NCBI GenBank assembly: GCA_951406725.2
Contig: OX597834.1
Span: 10,788,001 to 10,852,000 of the forward strand
DNA length: 64,000 nucleotides
DNA from: Octopus vulgaris
Lineage: Eukaryota
Direction of reading: 5' to 3'
This document shows positions 52,165 to 64,000 of the stretch, in pieces. The notes below the pieces were generated by a model that saw only the letters and a list, made by a program, of their open reading frames with translations, was not told the origin of the DNA and did not search any database. A program made the translations under genes and the position numbers. Every line of letters begins with the position of its first letter. The first letter of the stretch is position 1.

Positions 52165-52298
52165 CTAGACTTATACACACCCTGATACCGTCTCTATCTA
52201 CATATCAAATTTGAGCGCAATCAGATGGAGGATGCCCGATATCCTAGAAGGCACACACACACACACACACACACACAGAACGGATTTTATATAATAAA
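52165..52298 (-). mobile_element. Helitron-like 5' end fragment
   Basis: Minus ATTTATTATATAAAATCCGTTC(TG)n...CTCAAATTTG resembles the 5' ends of non-autonomous Helitrons. Confidence 0.4.
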
Positions 52299-52693
52299 TT
52301 AGAGAGAGAGAGAGAGAGAGAGAGTGAAAGTAGACTATTTGAGAATCAGGTAACTCAGAAAGTGACATTTGCCATTTAAGCATTTACTCTCCCTAATGTC
52401 GTATGCTATGGTTTATAGCTGTTATATCCATTATCTCACATGATTAGTTATGAATTACCTAGGAAGTAATTTAGGGGCTTTCTTGTAGATATGTTTATAT
52501 CGCATCGCTAATTCCTGTCTTTTATTAATGATTTTATATTCTGACGTAATCCGTATAACAATAACCCTTCTAGGCAGAGTTAGCAAATATAAGTATAATC
52601 ACTCTAAATTATATTTTATTTTTAAATTCTAAGCTGTCAGATTAGCTTGCTGAGTGTAGTCACGTGTTATTTATTCGTATGGGTAAAAATTAC

Positions 52694-52992
52694 ACTCTAT
52701 TACTCTTTTACTTGTTTCAGTCATTTGACTGCGGCCATGCTGGAGCACCGCCTTTAATCGAGCAACTCGACCCCGGGCCTTATTCTTTTGTAAGCCCAGT
52801 ACTTATTCTATCGGTCTCTCTTGCCGAACCGTTAAGTGACGGGACATAAACACACCAGCATCAGTTGTCAAGCAATGCTAGGGGACAAACACAGACACAC
52901 AAACACACACACGCATACATATATATACATATACATATATACGACGGGCTTCTTTCAGTTAGCGTGCTAACGGTTCTGCCAGTTCGCTGCCT
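52694..52992 (-). mobile_element. Chimera: family C head (52961-52992) on a family B body and tail
   Basis: Plus strand ...CTTCTTTCAGTT|AGCGTGCTAACGGTTCTGCCAGTTCGCTGCC. Confidence 0.8.
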
Positions 52993-53321
52993 TTATTCTA
53001 ATAGTAAACGGCATTGTCTGTAACGAAGGAGCATCTATAGTAGTTGTTTTCGACCCTTTTTAATATCCGGGTAAGATCAAATACCTGGATTTTTTAAGGA
53101 GGCCGCACCGAAAAAAGTAAAACAGAAAGAAAATTAAGGAAAATTTATATTTGCAGAGGGAAGGCCGTCGGGGGTCAACGGAAAGATGCTTGAGGGACGC
53201 GGTGCAGGAGTTTATAAATTCTATTCACCATGTTCTTCCCGAGGTCATTGTCTAGTTTACGGACATTTATTCGGGAGTGGTGCATTCTAGCGAAACAAGT
53301 ATGTGCTGAAACTTCGAAATC

Positions 53322-53381
<60 letters not shown>

Positions 53382-54463
53382 AAAAAAAACATACACATAT
53401 AAAAATAGGTACACATACACACACGAAAACAAACTATGAGTTTCTTTTTCCTTGTGATTTAGAATTGTTGCATCAAAGTTCTAGAGTTGAGAATTCGGTA
53501 GAAAAACACTCCAAAACATAAGACTCGCAACCACTGAGATTCGTTTGTGTGAGGAGATTTCTACCACTGTCTTAATTAACATTAACAAAACAAAAAAAAA
53601 GGTAAAGAAAAAGAGAAACAAAAAACGAAAAAGAAAAGAAACCAAAACTTTACATTCTAATTTCAGACATAATATAAATTACAATATTTATTAAAAGATT
53701 ACTTTAAGTAGGTTTTCTAACATCAGATGAAACAAAATTCAGGATAAACAAGTGCTGAGTGTTAGTCCAGATATCCTCTTTAGCTAAAAAGCAAATTTGA
53801 TCTTGTCAGGTTTTACAATGTTAAGATAGTAAGCCGGAACAAATATTGAAAGCATTGTGTTATTAGTTGTGGTGACCTTGCCAATTTGTCCTCTGTTTAT
53901 ATTTTATATTATCAGTGAATTATTAGATGTTGCTTGAAATGAAACTCAGTTGCAGCATTCTGTCCCTGTCCTACATGTGATTTTACATTTAATTATGAAT
54001 AAACGCATCAAGCCAAAGTATGACTCATACACTCATACATTGATGCTGTGTCATATTTCAGTTTAATTCATGTTCTTCCTCCATGTTCAGATTATTTGGT
54101 ACTGTTTTTATTTTTAATACTCTTTATATATATATTTCTCTGAACTGAGTCATAACTAATCTGAGATTCAGTATTCATCTGATTATATTTAGATTTTTCC
54201 TCTCTGATAGTTTTATAGCATAAAGGATACATCTCCTCAGAAATATGAAGCAATACGTTCATTTAGTGTATGATTTTACAATGCATTCTCAAGTTATACA
54301 TAATAACCTCCACTGGTTTTATTTATCGATATGGTTATGGATAAGATGTCTAATTTCGGCATATTTGGCATTCGAAATTTTTTGGTTTGCCCTTATTTAT
54401 AAGTTGTTTATATATATATATATATATTTATATATATTTTGTATTTATGTACTATCTGTGTAT

Positions 54464-54522
54464 ATTCCACTGATGAAGGCAGAGCATTTCTTACGCAGAG
54501 CCAGAAATCCGAGATCTGGAAT
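54464..54522 (+). ncRNA. Type I hammerhead ribozyme, canonical core
   Basis: ATTCCA-CTGATGA-A-GGC[19 nt]GCC-A-GAAA-TC(CGA)GA-TC-TGGAAT. 6-bp stem I and AUC triplet, just downstream of a TA tract. Confidence 0.8.
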
Positions 54523-54680
54523 TATCCAGTAATTCTTTTGCTAGTTTATTTTGTCTCTTTGTCTTCTCTCCTGGTGCTGTATAAATATTTAATGTGGATT
54601 TAGAGACAAGTTTTGACTGCTATTTCCAGCTCGGTGGTATCTCGTAGATACCTTAAATTACAATTTTAAATAACTGTTAC

Positions 54681-55030
54681 CTTTGAAGGCTTATATTCCC
54701 ATACCGGCCACCTGGTAAGATCGGTATTTAAATATCGATCTTATCCTTACATATATATATATCCATACAGCTGCTATTAGATTTGATTTGACCTTCTACT
54801 GTAGTGATAACTTCCAGTTTGTCATGGTACATTTCATACACTGCATCAATATCGGCGCTGCTTTGTTTACGTAAAGTGTCTCTAATATTGATGTGTGATG
54901 TTTTACTGTCGAATACGTTTTGGTAAACAATCCGTGTCGTGTGCAGACATTCATTTTCTGAGGTATTTTTTTCTTTTTTTTTATGCAATACATTTTTAAA
55001 AGTATTTTTTTTTAGCCTGATTTTAGTGGA
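54681..55030 (-). CDS. Candidate exon pair (55030-54769 and 54711-54681), product unknown
   Basis: TTTGTAG| then an 87-codon non-repetitive open frame (STKIRLKK...DIDAVYEMYHDKLEV...NSS) |GTATGG, a 57-nt intron, and CCAG|..GRYGNISLQ|GTAACA in phase. Confidence 0.3.
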
Positions 55031-55080
55031 CTACAAATTAACAAGTTTTTGTCACAATATACCTATGCATTACTTTCGGC

Positions 55081-55282
55081 GGCAACCACCGCCAACACCA
55101 CCACCACCACCAACACCACCATCACTGCTAATGCTATTACAACAACAACAACTACTACTACTACTACTGCCACTGCTGCTACTACTACTACGATAACGAT
55201 ACTAAAACGATATTGGTATTCACAGAGTAATACGGATATTCGTAGCAGTGTCAGCAGCAGCAGCAGCAGCAGCAGTAGTAGC

Positions 55283-55334
<52 letters not shown>

Positions 55335-55400
55335 CTTGCAAAAGCAGCAGCAGCAGCAGTAGCGGTGATAGTCGTAGGAGTATTAGGAGTTGTAGTAGTA
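55081..55400. repeat. Compound trinucleotide microsatellite (CCA/ACA/CTA, CAG/TAG)
   Basis: Low-complexity tracts that produce the poly-T/S/L ORFs. Confidence 0.9.
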
Positions 55401-55505
55401 AAGTCAAATTATCTTTCTTTTTACTGAAATTTATAAGATTTCAGTTCAAGCCAGCGTACTTTGTATATAAATATGTTTAACACACCATATTATTTTTTCT
55501 GCCGC

Positions 55506-55558
55506 TGTTGTTCAAAATATCTCTACATAGAATATGTGATGTATATATATACATATAC

Positions 55559-55612
<54 letters not shown>

Positions 55613-55665
55613 ATATATATACATCACATATTCTATGTAGATATATTTTGAATATGTGATGTATT

Positions 55666-55740
<75 letters not shown>

Positions 55741-55779
55741 CATATTCTATGTAGATATATTTTGAATATGTGATGTATT

Positions 55780-55863
<84 letters not shown>

Positions 55864-55907
55864 ATATTCTATGTACAGATATTTTGAATATGTGATGTAT
55901 ATATATA

Positions 55908-55946
<39 letters not shown>

Positions 55947-55991
55947 ATATATATACATCACATATTCTATGTAGAGATATTTTGAACAACA
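55506..55991. repeat. Fold-back array with ~43-bp perfect outer inverted repeats and internal hairpin units
   Basis: TGTTGTTCAAAATATCTCTACATAGAATATGTGATGTATATAT and its exact reverse complement ending at 55991. Three internal (CA)TCACATATTC..GAATATGTGATG units separated by (TA)n. Confidence 0.88.
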
Positions 55992-56482
55992 TACATATAT
56001 ATACATATACACATAAATATATATGTATATATATCTAGATATATTTATATATGTATATATGTATATGAATATATATATATGAATATATATATATATATGT
56101 GTGTGTGTTTATTAGTCTTTTGTTGTTGTTGTTGTTGAAAAATCTATGATGTATGACCTTTTACCTGTTTTCAGAAATTTTAATTTTCTTTTTAGTATGT
56201 AGTTGTATATTTATTTATTCTTAAATTTGTTTTGTTTCAACAGCGCTTATATGTTTACAGTTTTAATGGAGACTGTTTCTACATTAATCCCGAACACACG
56301 TTTTATCTTAAATTATTAATATTTATATTTTCATAGTTTGCAAGCCATCTCTCGTTCGCTATATAATCTCTTCGAAAAAAAAAAAATTGTGTAAATTCTC
56401 GAAAAAAATATTGTATATTGTTTATCATATACGACAGAAATCTTCTGGCTCGCTTGCCTTTCCGAAGATCTATTCAAGAATG

Positions 56483-56531
<49 letters not shown>

Positions 56532-56533
56532 GT

Positions 56534-56915
56534 GGAGGCGCAATGGCCCAGTGGTTAGGGCAGCGGACACGCAGTCGTAGGATCGCGGTTTCGATTCCCA
56601 GACCGGGCGTTGTGAGTGTTTATTGAGCGAAAACACCTAAAGCTCCACGAGACTCCGGCAGGGGATGGTGGTGATCCCTGCTGTACTCTTTCACCACAAC
56701 TTTCTCTCACTCTTACTTCCTGTTTCTGTTGTACCTGTATTTGAAAGGGCCGGCCTTGTCACTCTCTGTGTCACGCTGAATATCCCCGAGAACTACGTTA
56801 AGGGTACACGTGTCTGTGGAGTGCTCAGCCACTTACACGTTAATTTCACGAGCAGGCTGTTCCGTTGATTCGGATCAACCGGAACCCTCGTCGTCGTAAC
56901 CGACGCAGTGCTTCC
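56534..56915 (+). mobile_element. SINE family A, full-length
   Basis: Matches 285-655 and follows an (AGT)n tract. Confidence 0.92.
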
Positions 56916-57164
56916 CAGTTCTCAGTGTAAGTTTTTCATAAGATATCTATCGAAGCTGTTTCTACATTTAAAACCTTTAAACACTCCGAACGCGTCTAAC
57001 ACGTATTTTAGTAGACACATATAAATTTTAATATACTGAGATTTGATGCAGATCCAGTGCATATATTGAGGATCTACAGTTGATTCGTTTTCTTGAGATT
57101 ATCGGAAGTTGGTCTCACTTTTTATGTGATAGGATGCACGATAAGTTTCGTATGACAATATTCC

Positions 57165-57195
<31 letters not shown>

Positions 57196-57223
57196 ATATG
57201 TGTGTGTGTGCGTGTGTGTGTGC

Positions 57224-57470
57224 GGAGGCGCGTGGCTTAGTGGTTATGTGTCAGCATCATGATCGTAAGATGGTAGTTTCAATTCCTGGACCGGGCGACG
57301 CGTTGTGTTCTTGAGCAAAACACTTCATTTCACGTTGCTCCAGTCCACTCAGCTGGCAAAAATGAGTAACGCTGCGATGGACTGGTGTCCCGTCCAGCTG
57401 GAGAACACATACGCCATTGAAACCGGGAAACCGCGCCCATAAGCCGGGCAAGGCTTTAAAAAGGGCGCAT
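57224..57470 (+). mobile_element. SINE family D (V-domain-like)
   Basis: Matches 14713-14959, with a (TTA)n tail. Confidence 0.87.
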
Positions 57471-57914
57471 TTATTATTATTATATAATTGCACAGCCTCA
57501 CGCAAAACTCTAAACCAGCTGCCAGAAATGGATATTCCAGCTTCGTCTGTAGCATTAACACAATATGTGGCACGACAGTAATTATTCATTACTAGTCACT
57601 TATTTGCTCAGCAGAATAACCCTAAGGCTGTTCCCAGCTGAGATGTAACAATTACCTATCACCCGCCTCCGGTATCAGACTACTCTCGAACGGTGTATAG
57701 TTTTTATCAACTGCATGGGGATGATAAACAGTCCGAAGTAACAGAGAGGAATTCATTGCGCCGAAGAACAAAAGAGAACAGCAACAGAAAATGGAACTTG
57801 TAAAATCAATGGAATTATGAGTATCGTCTCAGAAAATGTTAATGATATCAGCGAGCCTAGAAAAGAAACTATTATATACAAAATTCTCAAAAGCACAAAC
57901 TAAATACAAAAACC

Positions 57915-58130
57915 AGGCGAGCTGGTAGAAACGTTAGCACGCCGGGCGAAATTCGTAGCCGTATTTCGTCTGTCGTTGCGTTCCGAGTTCAAATACCGAC
58001 GAGGTCGACTTTGCCTTTCATCCTTTCGGGGTCGATAAATTAAGTAGCAGTTACGCACTGGGGTCGATGTAATCGACTTAATCCCTTTGTCTGTCCCCTC
58101 TGTGTTTAGCCCCTTGTGGGTAGTAAAGAA

Positions 58131-58131
<1 letters not shown>
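57915..58131 (+). mobile_element. SINE family C monomer
   Basis: Head, Meta-like core and long tail. Confidence 0.87.
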
Positions 58132-58164
<33 letters not shown>

Positions 58165-58961
58165 ATGTGTGTGTGTGTATGTGTGTGTGTTTCTAAAGAA
58201 GAAGATGCAAATACTGGTGAAAGCAATCATTTGATTATCCCAGAGAGATTGAATTTGGATTCGGCATCGCCATAAAGAGCATCCTGTAAAGTATAGTAGA
58301 AATAGATAACAGTTGCTGAGACCGGCCCCTAACTGTTCTCCTCGACAACAACACAGCCCTAGTCACCCGTTTCAGCAACTATGTTTCAACAACACCGATT
58401 CCACATCAGACTCAAATCATTGATTCTATGAATGAGAATTTCTATTCGCATTCATCAGCATCTCTGGCCTGAATATTATTACCTCCTTAAATGCCAGTTT
58501 TGACAAACCCGAATCACAGCATTCAAATCATGGATATTTTCAGTTGAGAGCGAAATGAATAATTGGCAATAATTCAGGACCTGTATACTATTCATGACAT
58601 GTGCATCGTAAATGCATGCTTCCGACAAAAGCTCTCTTGCAAATACGTTAGAAAATCTTGGGGCCCAAGGAATTGGTATCCACCGTAGCTGTTGTTTCGA
58701 GACTAATTTTGCAACCACGTGCACCTCATTTCGTAACACCTTCTGTAACGTTTCGAAGATGTGGGTCCCACGATACATTGGAATGTCCGAGCACAGAGAC
58801 TGCCGAGTAGCCATTCGTGTGTGTATGAGTGTGTTCTAACCCCCCACCTCCACACACACACACATAATCACACACATAACACACACACACATACATGCAC
58901 GATCACACACATATACATATACACATACACAGAAACACACAGAGGTGCACATAAGCAAATA

Positions 58962-59020
<59 letters not shown>

Positions 59021-59022
<2 letters not shown>

Positions 59023-59260
59023 AGGCGCAATGGCCTAGTGGTTAGGGCAGCGGACTTGCGGTCGGAGGATCGCGGTTTCGATTCCCAGACCGGGCGTTGT
59101 GTGTGTTTATTGAGCGAAAACACCTAAAAGCTCCACGAGGCTCCGGCAGGGGATGGTGGTGGTGATCCCTGCTGTACTCTTTCACCACTCTAAAGGCGGT
59201 GCTCCAGCATGGCCGCAGTCAAATGACTGAAACAAGTACAAAAAAAAAAAAAAAAAAAAA
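59021..59260 (+). mobile_element. Chimeric SINE: family A 5' half with family B 3' tail and poly(A)
   Basis: ...CTCTTTCACCACT|CTAAAGGCGGTGCTCCAGCATGGCCGCAGTCAAATGACTGAAACAAGTAC(A)n. Confidence 0.88.
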
Positions 59261-59317
59261 ATGTCTATCTATCTATGTGTGCCTCTCTCTCTATGTATAT
59301 ATATATATATATATTTG

Positions 59318-59350
<33 letters not shown>

Positions 59351-59376
59351 GTCTCTCTCTCTATGTATGTATACAA

Positions 59377-59422
<46 letters not shown>

Positions 59423-59487
59423 TTATATACATTAATACACACATCAATCCATCCATTCATCGATCCATCCACACATACATACATACA

Positions 59488-59521
<34 letters not shown>

Positions 59522-60569
59522 CATGCGCACATACGTACTTATAGAAATGCGTAATGGATTTGACTCCATTGTATAGTTTTTAACACAACATAATGTCGTC
59601 AACACGGATTAGAAAAAAATGCATTAAAACAACCTTGAAGAGAGAAAAGTTATTTGAAAGCTCTAACACTGTGCTAAATGAAGAAACAGTGTTAATTGTG
59701 AGATCTAACAACGTCTTACACATACATCCATTTCAGGAAAGAATATGACGTATGTCACACCAGCTCGTAAACGTATAAAAACATCTGTAAAGACATTTCT
59801 TTTTAAAAGCATTAGTTTAATTATTAAAACTGAGATAAATGCAAAATAAAACAAAGTAATAAGTATCAATTCTTTAACTCTTTGGAAAAATCTATAATCA
59901 TAACAATTTCATCTAGTGCTAAATGAACTAAGAAAATCCGACACAAGGAGAAATAAATAAGAGGTATAATGGCAGCATTTAGAATGCGTCAATTAAATTT
60001 GGTATAAAGAGCATACATATACCATGGATTCACGGTTACAGGGGCCTTTAGGCCATAAAAATCTATATTTAAATTATTGACTCGAGGACTACAAATATTA
60101 GCTAGAATATATAATTGAGAATTAATGCAAATAAAAATGTGAGAACGGTATTACAATAGAGAGTGTTCTGTAATTATGGAAGCGAAGACAGACTGAAATA
60201 AGAGAGTTTAGGCAAGAGAGAGAAAAGAAACAACGTGTGTAATTATGACAAAAGATAAAAAGGAAACTGGAAATGAAATTAGATAATGTAATGTTGAAAG
60301 AACAATGGAAAGGAAACCCACACATGTCAGATAGCAGTGAAAAATTACGCGGTTTCAAAAGAACAAAGAAAATTGCAGTAATGGCTGAGAAAACATGGAC
60401 TTATGCGTGCTGGAGTAGAATGATTACATTAAACAAACAACTACAAAAACGCAGGTTGTGGAAATAGATGCTAAAATCATTTGAAAATGTTGCAGTCAAT
60501 AAAAGAAATGGTTGTACACCTCATTTCTGCTAGCCCGTTTCTAGTGGTTTTTTGAGCATATTGGTTCCA

Positions 60570-61008
60570 ATTTTGGCACAAGGTCAGCATTTTCGGTGAA
60601 GAAGTTAAGTCTATTATATCGACTCGTGGATTCAAAAGGTGCTTATTTTAGTCACCCCGAAAGGATGACAGGTAAATTCGACCGTGGCAGAATTTGGACG
60701 CAGAGCGTAAAGAGAGACGAAATGCTGCTAAACATTTTACCTGGGGGGCTAACAATCCCGCCAGCTCGCCGCCTTGGATTTTGACTGCATTGATTAATGC
60801 TTTTGGCACAGGATTAGCAATTCCAGGGAAGGGTATAAATCTATTGCAACGCCCCCAGTCCGCAGCTGATACTTATATAATCAATCGACCCTGAAGGAAT
60901 GAAAGGTAAAGTCGACCTCAGCGGAATTTGAACTCAGAACGTAAAAACGGACAATATGCTGTTAAACATTTTGCACACTGTGCTAACGATTCTTCCAGCC
61001 AAGCTCCT
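60570..61008 (-). mobile_element. Two diverged SINE family C copies in tandem
   Basis: GACCC..AAGG.ATGA..GGTAAA.TCGACC core occurs twice. Confidence 0.7.
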
Positions 61009-61044
61009 TATATTGATTTTGTCGTGAGCATATTAACAAACTGC

Positions 61045-61533
61045 GGAGGTCCGTGGTCTAGTGGTTAGAGCACCGGACTCGCGGTCGAGGGATCGCGGGT
61101 TCGAATCTCAGACCGGGCAATGTGTGTGTTTATGAGCGAAACACCTAAGCTCCATGCGGCTCCGGCAGAAGGTAATGGCGAACCTCTGCTGATTCTTTCG
61201 CCATAACTTTCTCTCACTCTTTCCTCCTGCATCTTGCAGCACACCTGCGACGGATCGGTGTCCTGTCCAGGTGGGAAAACCTGTACGCCAAGGAAACCTA
61301 TTTCTTTATTATCCACAAGGGGCTAAACATAGAGGGGACAAACAAGGACAGACATAGGTATTAAGTCGATTATATCTACCCCAGTGCGTAACTGGTACTT
61401 AATTTATCGACCCCGAAAGAATGAAAGGCAAAGTCGACCTCGGCGGAATTTGAACTCACAACGTAACGGCAGACGTACGCCAAGGAAACCGGTAAACCGG
61501 CCCTTATGAGCCAGGGTTTGGCTCGAGAAGAAA
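61045..61533 (+). mobile_element. SINE with A-like head and V-domain-like tail, interrupted by a family C unit
   Basis: Head GGAGGTCCGTGGTCTAGTGG and CCTGCGACGGATCGGTGTCCTGTCCAGG. Insert 61299-61474 is flanked by a 16-bp TSD. Confidence 0.82.
61299..61474 (-). mobile_element. Headless family C unit with 16-bp TSD
   Basis: GTACGCCAAGGAAACC at 61283-61298 and 61475-61490. Confidence 0.88.
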
Positions 61534-62364
61534 CATTATATTTTAAAGTTGTATTCTTAAATTAAAAAGAAACAAAAATTGAGACGGTCCTGCAGGCTCT
61601 GCACCTTTCATATTAAACTATTTCCCCACCACATATTTAATAGAGCTTTTCATGTATTTCGAAAATGTTTTTCCATAGCATTCGATAGTTTTATGAGACA
61701 CAAATATACAAAATATTGTTTGGTGCTGTAAGCAGTCCACCGAACGTGATGCCAATATTGGAAACGTTTCTTGCCAGCATTTCTTCATTCTAGGGGAAAA
61801 GATACGCAATAAAAAATTTCTGTGTAGTTTAGTACGCTTTGAACGATACCATTGCATCAATAAAAAGTAGAAATATATTCGTTTGTTGAAGATTGTGTTC
61901 ATGACAATGTGTTATTTTTGTTGTTATTGTCGTTTCAAATCGAGGTATTCAAAATGGCAGTTTTATCTGTTAAAATATTATTGTTTACTTTATTGTTCAA
62001 GTTCACATCAATAGTTTGCAGCGCAATTAAATTACTATTCTTTTTTATTTTTTTTCTGATTGTAAATTCTGTTATTTTCTACGCCGTTAATTTACTTTTG
62101 GGATCGTGGCTCGGAATTTTCGTAGTCATTTACTTTTTTATATAGACAACGCGAGGAAAACATAAAATTTGTCTAAAAATAACATAAAACGAATATTTAT
62201 TGTCTTGTTTTTCTAACCCTGTGAAAAATCCAAAATTTCCGAAGCTATCTGTATGTTTGTTAGTTCAATAAAACACTCTTCTATGCAATAAAAATGATTC
62301 GCTTCAAAACACCGCTTGAAAAGACGTCTGACTAGATCAAGATCAAATAATAGTAATGGTTTCT

Positions 62365-62577
62365 ATTTTAGGTAAATGGCCAGAAATTTTGAGGGGAGAT
62401 GTTTGTGGACACCATAGCTTCCTTCATTAATTGATTGGTAAATATCTTATCGACTCCGAACAAATGGAAACCAAAATTGACCTCGGGATTACTTCAAGTC
62501 AGAATGTAAAGATACGTAACTAATAGAGCAAGGCAATTCTTTCGCCACTCTAAATAATGTGTCCAACGCATCGTCTT
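62365..62577 (-). mobile_element. Highly diverged SINE family C
   Basis: TTATCGACTCCGAA..ATGGAAACCAAAATTGACCTCGG similar to family C. Confidence 0.55.
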
Positions 62578-62744
62578 CAATATTGTTTTCTACTTTGAAC
62601 AGAAATCAACAGTATTTGTTGGTGAATGTTTCTCGATGATTTCTCAGCTATCGCGGATTGTAATCAAATTTGACCGCGACCGAATACGAACTCCAAAGTG
62701 CCCGTAAAAAACGTATCAAAAATCATATTCAATTCAATAATTGT

Positions 62745-63143
62745 TATTTCTTTGTTGCCCACAAGGGGCTAAACATAGAAGGGACGAACAAAGACAGACA
62801 AAGGGATTAAGTCGATTACATCGACCCCAGTGCGTAACTGCTACTTAATTTATCGACCCCGAAAGGATGAAAGGCAAAGTCGACCTCGCGGAATTTCAAC
62901 TCAGAACATAACGGCAGACGAAATATCTATTTCTTTACTACCCACAAGGGGCTAAACACAGAGAGGACAAACAAGGACATACAAACGGATTAAGTGGATT
63001 ATATCAACCCCAGTGCGTAACTGGTACTTAATTACTCAACCCCGAAAGGATGAACGACAAATTTGAACCCAGAACGTAGCGGCAGACGAAATACCGCTAA
63101 GCATTTCGCCCGGCGTGCTAACGCTTCTGCCAGCTCGCCGCCT
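62745..63143 (-). mobile_element. SINE family C dimer
   Basis: Head at 63143 and two long-tail units, with AATTCAATA on both flanks. Confidence 0.88.
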
Positions 63144-63399
63144 TAATTCAATATTTCTATGAAGTGAATATTTCAATTCAATATTTCTATGAAGTAAACT
63201 AGTGATGTGTGGTAACTTAATTTATGAAGCCATATCTTTGAATGTAAGAGATAATCCTTGTATTTTGGAACTTAGTTTGAGAAATGCAGAATTTTACGGA
63301 GTAGAATAATATATATGGTATATATTATAGTGTTGATAACATTAGAACGAAGTAAATGGAACTATTGATTAGAAGGAATTGATGTCATCGAATTGTATA

Positions 63400-63830
63400 C
63401 GAGGACCATAAAATTTTTCCACCATGGATTGAAAACCCTTTCCGTTGGTGGCTAGCAGAGGTGGCCTAATCAATGCTCATCATTTCCTCCTGGCGTCCAC
63501 CTTAAATCTTTTTTCTTGCTCCTCCATAACAAGCTGGAGACTCCTTCTGCTGTCTCTCCGATTCTGTGCACAAGCACCGTTTGCTCTCTTCTCATTCCAT
63601 TGGCTGTATGCATCCTCTATGGGCAAGGACTCTCCTACAGCAAACCTCGACTAGGAAAAGGCATGACCGCGCTCTAATCACTGAAACGGATTGTACTCTA
63701 AGATTAAGAATTGACGAAATCACTAAAGCGTCGGATGTACACATTTCCAGTATCTTTTGCAATAATTTATGTTCAGAGATCAAATACCAAATAGGTGTCC
63801 ACGTGAAGGTTTGCCATCTGACCAGAGTAT
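63400..63830 (-). pseudogene. Decayed RTE-like LINE fragment (end of APE domain and linker)
   Basis: Minus frames give TFTWTPIWYLI, SDALVISSILNLRVQ (cf. [ST]DH.LV.S.L.L) and NGKGFQSMVEKFYGP (cf. K.FY..LK.VYGP). Confidence 0.5.
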
Positions 63831-64000
63831 GTATCCCATAGAGATGTAACTAGGCCACTGTAGATATTTCAGCTTAAATCAAATACCGTTGTTGAAGCTC
63901 CATCCACCAGGGTATCATATACATAAAATATGCACTCAAGTACTTTCAATTTTTTTGTTTTTGGTTGAAACTCGTATAACTATCATACATTATGGTAATT

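Noticed and set aside
58425-58465. Minus CTGATGA...GAAA hammerhead candidate
   Set aside because: Stems of only 2-3 bp, compatible with chance.
58479-58814. 111-aa minus-strand ORF
   Set aside because: No motif was recognised, it starts at the edge of a microsatellite, and there is no supporting gene structure.

Overview
This is AT-rich, repeat-dominated animal DNA with no recognisable intact gene. The SINE families, TTAGGG repeats and very dense (TA)n/(CA)n microsatellites point to an octopus/cephalopod genome (recognised from memory, not searched). Almost all ORFs in the track are microsatellite or SINE artefacts. The window holds about 35 copies of four tRNA-derived SINE families (here A-D) and their chimeras, three complete non-autonomous Helitrons, mariner/Tc1 fossils, and LINE fossils (CR1/L2-like, RTE-like, REL-endonuclease type). 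A few weak candidate exons lie on the minus strand. The main unexpected signal is about 12 type I hammerhead ribozyme (HHR) loci of mostly unrelated sequence. They sit in short non-coding inserts that mostly interrupt or abut (TA)n tracts and resemble Penelope-like pLTR remnants or retrozymes. Three have canonical cores, one has the compensatory G3:C8 core, one is a head-to-head pair in a long palindrome, and the rest are decayed. All structures were folded by eye and none has been tested.
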